Below, in pieces: positions 11,401 through 23,600 of a stretch of DNA of 64,000 nucleotides. A program made the position numbers and the translations under genes. Numbering within the stretch: the stretch's first letter is position 1; each line of letters opens with the position of its first letter. Source of the DNA: Ascidiella aspersa (lineage: Eukaryota); the NCBI GenBank assembly GCA_963924565.1, contig OZ004612.1:7998001-8062000 (forward strand). The letters run 5' to 3'. A model generated the notes under the pieces. It did not search any database. It saw only the letters and a list, made by a program, of their open reading frames with translations, and was not told where the DNA came from.

Positions 11401-14400
11401 ACTGTACGGGCAAGTAAGGCGGTTTCCTTTATAGGCGTGGACCACATTCCTTGTATATGTCTGACTCCATACGAACGGGGGCTAAAAAACCCGTCCTTAC
11501 ACAACTTTTTGAACATTATACAACTTTGTGGACAGAGTAACTTCACTTAGCTGATATTGTGCGTTGTGTTTATATCATCACATACGAAAACGTAACGTGG
11601 CGATTAGGGCCGCTCGTATGAAGCCGAATAAAGTACAATTAATAACGTAACACAAAGATCGCTCGCTTTGGGAGTTGTTCACACCTAAGTGACCACTAAT
11701 GACGCAAATGACTCCACTAAATTTAGTTTTACATGCGAATGCTACAAGTTTACCTGTGTTTGTAATAGAATGTCCAGAAAATCAAGTAATTTTTTGTTTC
11801 CTTTTGACATTCCCAATTTTTCATTAGTGACTTGGCTCAGTCCACTTAAATATTCACGTCTTTCAGCAATCACCTGATAGATAAACTTCATTGAGCATTT
11901 TATTTGTAGAATTTTTTTTTTTTATGAACAAATGTAATTGTGTGGTTTACACTGGTCCCCCTGTTTTAAACTTGTGGTTTTTAAATTCATTTTTCACCTT
12001 CTCAGCGTGGTAATGCACAATGTCTGCAGCTCGCTTAAACGCTTTCCCGTGCTTTGTTCTCCAGAAAATGAAATCAGGAATAAGGTAAGCAGTCGAGAGG
12101 CGTTTTATCACAAGGTCACTAAGGTCCTGAACTGCTTTTATATAAGGATGCGCTCCTCTGAAAAATCAAATAAGTTAGGCCAAATGTTCACCGAAAGGTA
12201 ACCTAAGTCCTGAACTGCTTTTACATAAGGATGCGCTCCCCTGAAAAATAAGATAAGTTAGGTCAAATTTTGTCGCATGCCAAAAGGAGTAGCAGCTGTT
12301 ATTTGGGTTACACAAAAATAAGATAAGTTAGGTCAAGTTTTGTTGCATGCCAAAAGAAATAACAGCTGTTGTTGGGGTTACACGGCATAAAAATGTGCTC
12401 ACTTAAGGTGATGTATTTGTTATTGTTTTTTTGCTTAAAACAAAGATTGTTCGTTTTATTTTCAAGGATTTTTCTAACAAATATTACTTTTGTTCGAAAA
12501 AATTATATTAGGTGGAATATTGGTAGTGGAATTTAAAATTAATCAAAAAAATCTAGGGTTTTGGAATATGAACCTGTGTATAACTTACCTAAGGTGCTGG
12601 CAATTGGTGTTCATGGACATTGCACACTGCAACATTGTGTCCAGTGTCATCAGACTTACATCTCCGGAAACTTCAATCCGGACTCCATTTAAATCTGACC
12701 ATTTATCTAACATCACCTTGCTGTTCTTGTTAAAAATCTCAGCGTAACTGAACATCATAAAACAGCCGTATTAATACACTTAGAGTTAAATTTAATGCTT
12801 TTTGTTTATAATTTGATTTTACTTTTAAGCCATATTTGCTTTTCTTGCATAATTTTTTTAAAAATGATCTACACCTTAAATCAGGGCTTCATATTGTTTT
12901 TTTCTTCGCGTGGATTACGATAGACAAGAAATTTTCATGACGTCATTGATTGACGTCAAAATACAAATAGACTTTAAAAATCTGCTGATTTCGGCCCAAA
13001 ACTGTAAACGTTAGATGGATTATAAAACTATTCAGTGAAAAACCGATTTATTTTTTATTAAACTCCTTTCTTTGACAAAAATGATTACTTTTATACAAAC
13101 TAACAATTCCTTTAGGCCTCCATGGACCCCTTAAACCAGTTCACGGACCCCAGTTTAGGAACGCCTGCCTTAAATATTGCGGGCAAAATTAAAAGTAGCC
13201 TAATATCAAATAAACACAACACCAAAAAATACCCTTTAAGAATGTTGAAATGAAAAGCTGGTGTGAGCAAATGACGATTTCGCTGCCATTTCTTTCCCTT
13301 GCTCGTCAACAAACCATCGCCAATCCAAGGACGCATAAAGTTGTAGACAAAACTATTCTTTGGAGCTGTTCAAATATACAAGTACTGTTTTTTTATTATT
13401 TAAAACAATGTTCGGTTCTTCGACAAGTTTTTAAATCCACATTAAGGGGCGTATCCAGGTTAGGGGTTCGGACCCCTCTTTTTTGGATCATTTTGGATAA
13501 GATCCCCACTCCCTGGCCAAAGCGGCAACGTGCAGTCTCCCTTTTTTCTCATTAAAAACCTTCAGTTAGGCGCAGTTAGCGCTGTTAATGTTCCTGGCTG
13601 TTCGCTGTATGCTCTTATATCCGGTGTTGGTGTAAAAACAGCATTTTTTTAATATAGCGTTATTGAAAGGTGGTATAACTGCGACGATTTAGAGTACCTA
13701 GTTACCGCAAAATGATTCTCTATAAGCATATTTTAAGACCACTTGGTTAGTGTGCAATTGACACAATCTATTTTCTCTCAACCGCAGCTTGTATTTTAGA
13801 AGAATTGCCTCACAGGTTTGTTTGCGCAGATGTTGCGATAATCGTGACATAGTAACACCCGGAAAAATATATTTGTGTTTGTATTGCAGGTGGCGAAAGG
13901 CCTGCTTGAAATTTAGCGTTGTCCTAATAGTAAAACTATAAATCTACCAAAATCAATCACACATTTTGGAGCATAAGGGTTGGAGGTTGTAGTGAGACGT
14001 GATAAGAATATCAAAGCCCATACAAAAGGAGGTATCATTTTGGTTAGATTGTAGCGTAAGCAGGTACGTAAAAATCACACAATCACACATGTTTCACGAT
14101 CTTGGTTTGGTTTCCAACTTAAACTAACTATTGCAAACTAAGCGATTTTCAGCTGGCGCCTTTCAGGAGTGTCGACGGCGCACGTGTTTGCTTTGCCTCT
14201 ATCTAAAGGTTCGCTTTCGCGGGACGGCAATTGCCTTTTTCTGATTAAGTTTTTTATTTTTATGACGTCATTATCATCACTCTTTTACGACTTCATACAC
14301 GTCACTATTTTATTACGCCACTAAACTATTATTATTAACGGCAGACGGAAAGTGGGGGAATTCCCTAAGTTACAAATTCGGGAGCCCTTTTTTTGGATTT

Positions 14401-15415
14401 CTGGATACGCCTGCCCTCTGCCTACAGTAGGCTCATTGTGGTAGTTGTCCATAGATTATTATAATTTATACGGCCCACTTAACATTAGTTAAACTGGTTT
14501 GATCTTAATATTAGCTGAGTTGTGCTCAATATAGTTACCTCCACTGGCTAACAGGGATATGGCTGTATCTGAATGGTGGAGTTGAAGCATACTGCTGTTT
14601 ATCGTCACCCATGAATTGAACATAGCTGGATGCGTTTTGAGCCGTTCTGTAGTTCCCATTAACCCTTCTCCTGTTGGCGGGTACTAAAATGAAAATCAGA
14701 TAAAATTGTTTACCGATTCATAATAGTATTGTTCTATCTGAAAATATATTGTTTCAGATCTGTTATTGCTAAAAAAAAAGTCATAACATTAGGCCTACCT
14801 ACGCAAGTTTCATTTTAACTATTTATTTGTTTCAATTTTACCCAAATGATGAAATAATTTTTGTTTTGTTAACCTCAGCAATGAAATAACTGATTTTAAA
14901 CCCAACAATATTAAGCAATCCAACCTACTAAATATGAACCAGTAGAAGTACAAGCTACTTAGACTTTGTCAATGATCTATACGGTTACAACAAATATGTA
15001 TTTTTTTAACCCAATACCCTGGGATCAATGAGTTCAAAAGCTAAAAAAAAAATACCTGGGCAACATTCAGATTCTTGTGTGCAAAGCAAAAGAGAAAAAA
15101 ATTCATACAGAAAAATAGTATACGGAAGTCATTTGCCTATAGGTTTTGCAAGCCTATTTATGTGGCCCCTTCGGTAAGTCTATAAAATCACTATACACGT
15201 GGTATTAAAAGGTTCACCTTTCTCATGTGACCGAAAAACCAATGCCTCGGCGATGCTCCGGAAATGTTGTCCAGCTCTTTTGTCATTTTGTATCTTTTTA
15301 TCATCGGCACCACCAGCGTCCATGTAATGTAAACGATTGCAAGCAACGCAGCGATGTCAAACACCAAAATGGGGCTAACAAATCCAGCAGTTGTCAGCTG
15401 ACTCAAAACTGCCAT
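8439..15415 (-). CDS. CYP4: Cytochrome P450 family 4 (CYP4F/4B-like), 11 exons: 15218-15415, 14539-14683, 13233-13365, 12589-12747, 11997-12157, 11754-11873, 10984-11071, 10599-10701, 9885-10095, 9379-9461, 8439-8614 (boundaries +/- a few nt)
   Basis: N-terminal membrane anchor; [31 protein letters not shown]; I-helix [16 protein letters not shown]; K-helix [10 protein letters not shown]; FDPERF; heme motif [18 protein letters not shown]; TAA at 8439-8441. Confidence 0.95.
8774..9176. mobile_element. hAT-type MITE (CAGGGCTGCGGAGTCG family) in the last CYP4 intron
   Basis: Ends cagggctgcggagtcg / cgactccgcatccccg, subterminal GAGTC/GACTC repeats, degenerate 8-bp flanks gctgtaac/gttgtaaa; inverted homologue of 18614-19004. 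Confidence 0.8.
10118..10538. mobile_element. hAT-type MITE rich in GACTT/AAGTC subterminal repeats (family also at ~23440-23870, ~31645-32060, 47193-47587, 59437-59824)
   Basis: CAGTGTT...AACACTG ends and many gacttgacttaagtc motifs. The 47193-47587 copy has 8-bp flanks ccaaacat/ccaaatat. Confidence 0.75.
12882..13167. mobile_element. hAT (Charlie-like) MITE in a CYP4 intron
   Basis: CAGG...CCTG ends, perfect 8-bp TSD ccttaaat; inverted homologue of 53318-53658. Confidence 0.8.
13446..14413. mobile_element. Non-autonomous TIR element in a CYP4 intron
   Basis: Inverted ends ggggcgtatccag / ctggatacgcc; no clear TSD and no ORF. Confidence 0.5.
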
Positions 15416-17658
15416 TTTGGTACTATTACAGCCTTGTAAATATTACTAATTGCAACAAAATATGGTTTTCAAAGCATTGTCTGTAGCCTTTTTTTGATTG
15501 AATCGTGCTTTGAAATCGTGAAACATTTTATATAATTTAACGATCGTGTATTTACATGATTGTATTATTTGAACCAATCTACGATTATTATTGCTGTTTT
15601 CAAAAGCTTTTTAGTTAAAATAACTAAATATCTGCATGCTGAACTAATTCTAATTGTTTAAAAATTCATAAAATATTGTTTACAGAATAATATAACAATA
15701 TAAGTTTTATACTAGACTTTTGCTTTCTTCATATTGCTTCCTTTTGGACACTAGTAGTGCAGCAATTCCTGCAATCCTTAAGGTAAAGAAAATGCAAATC
15801 ATTAACAGAACTTCGACGAGCTCGGCAACACATGAAAGCAAATATTTAATATTTACAGATGAATTATTGCGTATGGTTTAAGGAGCCGAACTGACTTCTT
15901 TTTTTCTATTCAAGTTTGGCTTGTATTTTTTTAATCTATCTTAACGTGGGCTATGAAATTTGAAACGAAACCCATGTTTTGAAAATCCGTTATGGTTCAT
16001 TCAAAATGATGATAGTGCAATCAAACTTGTAGATGTCCAAATGTTTGTTTGATGTTGCTAAAAAAATAAAAACCACCTGAATAGTGGACATGTCGACAAG
16101 TCTAATCTCGGGTTTGTCTCGATTAAAAGTATATATACATAGAATCAATTCACTCAAACATCAAATTAACGAATGACGCATCTAAAATAAATCTTTACGT
16201 TGTACAGTGCTAATCCCTGACAAGCAACCTGTTTGGGATAGCCCAGAGTGATAAGTCATTTATTTGTGTTATTTTTTTAAACGGTGTATTCTCGATATCA
16301 AGTGTGAGTGAAAAGTAAAAGATTGTAGATCCACAACAAAAAGCAAAGATAATGTGTTTACCAACACACTTGAGACAATAATCAATGTTGTAGCATGACT
16401 TAAATGAAATGCGTTGTGAATTAACTTCTCTTCAAGTACACATTTTAGTAGATTTGGGTTATTTATTAAACAAAATAAAAGTTAACATATTTCCGGAGCG
16501 AGTGCTGATCGACACTCACTCGTACAACTGGCGAGTACCCTTATGTAAAAATCTGAAGGTCTCAATTGGACCAAACGCATTTTTTGAAAAAGTTCTATGC
16601 CCATGCAATATTTCGATGAACAATAGAAACGGTCTCGTAGAGTATCTGATTTGTTTAACGTTTTTTTCTCTGGATAAATTTTGCGCTGTGGAAATCACTT
16701 AGAAAAACTCCCTGAATAACAATGGTTTACCTATTAAAGTTGCTATAAAAACTTACCAAAAATATGCAGTCGCACAGCCTCATTATGGCCCAATTATTAT
16801 TAGAAAGAACGCTCTGTTTAACTGTCCGTTTTTAGCCCTTTTGGTTTTCAAAATCAAAATATATTTTGCTTGCTGCATAGAGAGTTGTTTTATTCATTGT
16901 ATGCGCCATTGAAATTTGCTTAAAGAGAGCTTGGAATACAAATCTTGGTTAGTTATATATGAATGTTTTTTTTGGCTCTGCAAATCGGAAGAAAAGGTTA
17001 TTTCCATATTTCATATCGTTTTTGAGTATTATCAAATTAACAAATCGGGACGGACTATACCTACTCGACATCTAGTTCTCTGTATTACACAAAGAGTAAA
17101 TTCTGTGATTTTCTTAATATTTGCATCATAACACAAAAAACATGTAGAATGATGAATTTAAAATGTACATAATGTTGATCATACAACTTCAAATAATGAA
17201 ACTTTTACCATATCCTACCTTATTAGTGTACAGTATTATGGGTTTTAAAAGTTAACATTTAAAAGACAGAAAATAATCTCTACGCATTTCTATTATAAAC
17301 AAGTATACCTTCAAATTGTTAGCCATGCACGGGTTTAGCAGGATATCAAGTCACAGACGACCAGTTGACCATATACTAGTAGTTGAACGGCTCAAAAATA
17401 CATAACAAATGCCAGAAGATCATGGCTCATAGGGGGCGTCTAACGCCTAAATGAATTTACGTGAAAACTACAGTGGAAGCTTTTCGAAGAGCTTTTGGCA
17501 AAATTAAAAAAGGGAAAAATAAAAAAGGTCAAAGAAATAAAACGCACGATGCGACATTAAAACACTTGCAAAAACTTGTGGCAGTGGTTAGGTGGTTAAA
17601 AAACAGTTACGCCAATCGGTGTAAATACTCAACGTGCCCAACCCTCACTTTTCTGTTG

Positions 17659-20600
17659 TCACTTGTAGTTGGCGTATGTGTCAAACGTTGACAGGTACTC
17701 CAGTATCACAGAATAGATGAACATATAGGAGTTCTAAATGTATTTGTTAGAGTCATGCTGATGAGCTAGGACAGGATGAAGTAAATATAATATTTTACAC
17801 ATACCATATCGCCAACCATGTTAGGTCTCATTTCCCGCAGATCCTTCACGGTCCTGAAGACATCCACTTTGTTCTGAGCTTTCAGACGTTCCAGGATGTT
17901 CACCAGGGCGATGAATGCTCCAGTTCTTTGGCATCCATCGCTGTATTTATTTCGATTAAAAAATCGTATTAGCAAAGAGTGAACAGATTTCCGGTGGTTT
18001 GCAAACAAATTTGACCAAACTTATGCTCGCCGGAGATGTATATATTTAAAATTCAAATAAGTAGATTAGTGGCCGGACATTTTACCTGACACATATAGTA
18101 CATGAATTGACTAAGAAAATAAAAAAAATTAGGGAGATAGACGATTTAGAAGCGTTCAGAGCTGTTGAATTACTTCTAGGCAATTTAAGTGAGTGAATGT
18201 TTTACCTGCAACACACTAACACTCTTCCTTTTTCACGTTTGTTTTGCTGCAGATCTTCCAAAATCTGGATTGCTTTTATCACAGTTCTAGCGCTTGGTGG
18301 CGCTTCAGAGCTTTTCCAGTTCTTTACAAGAACGTAGTTGATCGCTCTTTCCATCTGCAAAAGTTCACCGCGGTTAAGGTGAACGTTTTTGTGTTACTAA
18401 AATTATATGACCGTTGGATCAAATGGCTCATGGTATGAAACTTTGGTAAAGCGCAGTTACCTTAGTAGGAACATTAATAAATTAAATTAAAACGCGGAAT
18501 TTTAGCAACTATAAACAACCGACGCTCGATATTCAACAACAAAAAAATAATACTCCTCTTAAAAAGTGTTTAAAAAAACGTTCCTTTATGCAACGATATG
18601 ATATGCACAGGGCCAGGGCTGCGGAGTCGGTTAAAAATACCCCGAGTCCGACCCCGGTCAAATGTGTGATTTCGTGGTCACAAGTCCCGATTCCGGCCCA
18701 GACTCTACAGCCGGTATTCTGCCAATTTACGTAACTGAAATATTGGGAATATTTAGCAACCAATTTCTAGGCGTGTCGTATAATTCATCCACTCAAAACA
18801 CATAGTTGGAAAATATTCCACCATGTGCTATTCCGCCATTGCAATTTCCAGTTAGCCGTCATATCAGCTTTGAAATTTGGTACTGCGCGTGTGCATGTCG
18901 GACTTGGCACTCGGGTAGTTTTACGTGATCTTACTCGATTCCCGAGTTCGACTCCAGCAAAACAAACCAACTCATTGAGTCCCGAGTCCGACTCCGCAGG
19001 CCTGCACAGGGCCCGCAATCACCAAATTCAAACGTGAAAAAATAAAACGTCGATAAAGGGGGTGTAACAAAAAAAACTTCATAAACTACGAAAACAACAT
19101 ATGACCTTGATTGCCCCTTTGACCTCTACTCGCAGAATCTTGTGCGACATGTCCTCGTTATCGATGCGTGATGTCGCTTGGATAGTGATGCTTCCAAGTT
19201 GAACAGAAGCGTTTTGCATCATTCGAGCTAACCCGTCTTGAAGATTTTCCTAAATTGTTTGATCCAGAAAAATTAAAAGTATGCTTTCAGTTGTTACAAC
19301 AGACAGGTTGATTCTGGCAATTACCTGCAGACCTACGATTACGTCGACTTGTTGCTCGACTGCAACTTTCCAAAACTGCTGTACCCCATCACGGGTTGGC
19401 TGCCGAGACGCTATAAAATCCGTTGAGCAGCCAAAGTCCTACAATAAGGGTTTTTATATAATTTGTTTAACTAGTCTTAACATTAGATTGATTTGAAATG
19501 TTGCATGATTTAACGTTTCTTGAAGTCGAACTTACACAAGATAGCGACACACACACATTCCTGTAGCATTATAAAATACCTACTGCATTCAGATCGATGG
19601 TCTTAAGTTAAATCAGCTGCCTACAATCAGGGTTATTATGCAAGCATGACAAGGGTAAGCAACTCTTTACCTGTATGAATGAAGCATCGATCTTTTTGGC
19701 AGCTTGGTCTTTATCCGACCAGGTTGAAACTCGAAGAATATCGCCTAAAATTACCAAACAACTTTTTGTTTAGCTAAACATACAATTTGAAAGGTCGCGT
19801 ACGAATCGTCGAGGTATTGGCTTACATTTTTTTTGGTCGACAACTAGAGCTTCTGAGAGAAGATTGAATTCTTCAGATTCAGTTTCTTGTCTACGCAGAA
19901 ACATATGTTTTAAAGTTACACGACCAGTAATTATTAATAAGGCTAGAAACGTACAACTCATCTTCATTCATTGCTTGAATGTCGGCGGGTGCCCGATCGA
20001 AGTCGGCAAACAATTCATGCTCAGTAAGTATCCTCTGAATGAACATGAACTGGTCCTACGGAAACGAGCGCGATTCTGTTACGTTATGCTTTTTAGACTG
20101 TTTATACCGAACACCAAACTAATAACCTACCACATTCTGAACCATGTCAGTTCGGTTTTCTCTCATCCTGGACACTACAGCAGAAACGTCGATGTTCTCT
20201 TTAGCATTCAGTTGGTCTATTAGAGTATCTATTGCGATATAGGTTCCTGTGCGTCCAACTCCAGCACTGTAAAACACAGCACATTACGTTTGACTTAATA
20301 AACGACCTACAGGGCGGTGCAAACTTGGTCAAAGCACCTGCAATGAATAACTAGTGGCTTTGACTGGTCTTCAACTTCCTTTACCATTTTTCTCAGATAA
20401 ACCATTTTTGTTGTTGTCACTGGTATCCCGTGGTCAGGCCAGGTGGTGTATTGGAAGTGAACCACACTTAAGCAACTCTAGAAATTCCGGGAACCAATTT
20501 AATTGTAAAAAATATGTTATTTTAGCAAAGCCCGCTGTTGTAGTTCAATTGAAAACTGAAAACAAACATAGAACATCTAACATCAAAACCGGCACCTGTT

Positions 20601-23600
20601 CCATTTTTAAGTCAAATGTTCTCAGAATTATTCCTCCAACGTCAGTTTCTTGCTTCAAACTAACAAGTACCATTCCGTAGGCTTCTTCTTTTCCCAAATC
20701 GGGCCAGTATTGGTCGCACTTTACCTGCATAATAAACGTAAATTAACTGAACATAATTCTGAAGGAAGACAAACTTTTATTCAATTGCTGCTCGTATAAA
20801 ATGTATACTTGAATGCATAGAGAAGCTTGGAAATCTATTGATGCAATGCTACATATATTTTCCCTTCGCTTATCGGTATGCTTTTATAGTCATGCAAAGC
20901 AGTTTTTCCTTGTGGTGTTTTGCGTTGCGAGAACAAACAAAAATAAAATTGGAGTTGAAAATCCGTAATTGTTACGTAGGCGGTTTAAGTATAGCTTTGT
21001 AAATGGCAACAGTCGATACACAACAATTATTAAAAAAGGCCAGGCAAGTTCAATAGGTGGTTACCCTGATCGACATTTGGTGCAATTACTCAATCCTACC
21101 TTTCCATTCTCCTTTAGTTTAGTCAGCATGACAATCACCGAAGCTTGTTGCTGCCAAACCATTAACCAAAAGTCGCCAAATGTGTTTGGTTTTGGGCCTT
21201 GGGTGGCAATGAACTTTTTTTCGTTGCTGTACCCCTGGAAAATTAAAAAAACGCACACATAACAAGAACAATATAATTTGCCACAGCCATGTTTTGACTT
21301 TAATCAATGGCTCAACTGGAGCTCCGGTTCTTATGTTTTGTACAAACCTCGTTGTCCCTAAATTTACAAGCACGTCACTGTCGCTATACAGAAGGATTTC
21401 TTACCGGCATGTATGATGCATTGATGTAGTCGTCTTTGTCTTTTCCAGACAAAATAACTCGGGAATGATCATCTGAAAGAGCAATATGGACTAAGGCAGT
21501 GCTCTTCAACCTTTTTGGTTTAGTGAACCCTTAAAGTTTTTGTGAAAAACTCATGCACCTTATACACTTAAAAGTTAAACTGAGGTAAAAAGTAATCTAA
21601 ATAATCATTATGCTTAACAATTATCATGTTAATTAAACCGACGGAGCGGCCGTTTTTTACACACTGTCGGTGAGGGTTCGATTATGGCTGCAAGCTGCTT
21701 GCGAGTACTATTGCATGCCATAAAACCGCATTCGGTGTTAAATATTAATATTTCATTAAAAGTTTGTGATGCACCCTTGTATGCCTTTTCGTACTAGTGC
21801 ACCCCATGCATATTTTGGTTACCCTAGGGTGCACTGTGCACACCGGTTGAAGAGCACTGGACCAAGATATTGTAAACTACACACTTAAACGACTTTGATG
21901 TCTTCCTTACATGTGATGATGTTTTTGTATCTGTTTCTTGGTGCATTATGGTCCGACGCAGCTTGTTTGCAACTCTTTGGTGTGCTTTTATCAATTCGAA
22001 CTATTTCCTGCGATGTTTAAAACACAATAAATAACCGCTATAAATAAGTTAATGGTCTGTAATGCTACGTATACGTCAGTCGAAAATATAGATATTGCAG
22101 TGTAATATCAAAAATGTACATTTGAGGTTTAAATGCTTTAAGCTACCTGGAATTCCTTACGAAATATTGATCCATTGGCTGCTGATTTATTTTCGAATAT
22201 ACTCTTGAGTGTCTTTGGATTCTTCAAAACATTTAGGTTTTCATACAGTACTTGATTCCCACCGAGAACACCTTTTCGAGAAGATATACACAAGTTACAT
22301 TTGCAGTGTATTTGCTTTCAATTAAGCTATTTAAATCGCACCTTTGCTTGTTGAAGTGACATTCCTGACATTTACATACACTTTTTCCTCCTGGTTTATA
22401 GCAATCTATTATTATAAAGACAAAAGCGCACGGAAAATGAATGCATTACGGTTGTATATATGAGCAAATGCAAAACTATCTACTCAAAGTTTTTTTTTAA
22501 GCTATATTCAAGCTCGTGTATGTGCGAACAATCCACTAGTTATACCTTGGATTTCGTATTCATTGCCTGAAGATTATTGCTTCCTGCTTCTGTCTGGCTG
22601 GAATTGCCATTTACCTCAATAATGTCTGTTTAAAACGAAAAACAAAATTACATTATAAAGTTTCGAAAATTACATTTTAAGTTTCACTTGTAAGAAAATC
22701 ACAACGCTTACTGTCATTGTTTTCCTTTTTTCCTTCCTGAAGTCTATATAAATGGTTATAGAGAAAAGGCAGGTTAAAAGAGGCTAGCACATGTGTGTTT
22801 GAGTTATATATATATTCCATAAATATAGGCCTACCTTTTGCGTAGTACGATTCCAAGAACAATCAAAAGTAAAAGGCTTAACAACGCTCCAACTAATCCA
22901 CCTGTAAATGACACATGGACTTGTATTATTTCTTTAAAAGTCACGAGGCAAATTTGCAACCGGAAACAAGCAATGATGTTTTTGTTAGATCGTTTGTTTT
23001 ACTACACGGGATACTATTTTTCAGTATTTAATATGAAATACGGTGTTTGAGTGAAGGGTAACGTACCAACGATTCTACCAGTCGAAGTGTCAGTACTTTT
23101 TAAAGGAAGAGGCTTGAAACAAAATCCAGCGACTTGCGTTTGTTGACTTCCGCCCTCGCAAGAAAACGCCTGGATCTAAAAGGACAAATGCAGCATACAA
23201 AATAGTGCCTTAATAACGGTTGACCCTAATAAGAACTAACTGTTAGGCTTATGTTTTTTCCAGTTGAATGATTTGAAACATCGATCATATAGCTATCCGC
23301 AAAGGAAAATTCCTTGTGTACGTCCACAACTTTTCCACTTGCTGCTGTAATCTGTATTTAAAGAATAGTAATTATCATAGTGGATCGCAGTTCAGTAAAC
23401 ACGTCATTTTGAAATTCCTTACGTATTAGTCTCATCATTTGTAGAACTTATTAAGTCAAATTCAAGTCTTTTCAAAACTTAGTTCAAGTCATCAGTTGCC
23501 CAAGTCAAGTCATTTTGAGAGCAAGTTAATTTCAAGTCAAGTCATTGGTATTAAAATAAAACTTTACACTATTAAAATTGGTAAACAGGTCCGAAAATAA

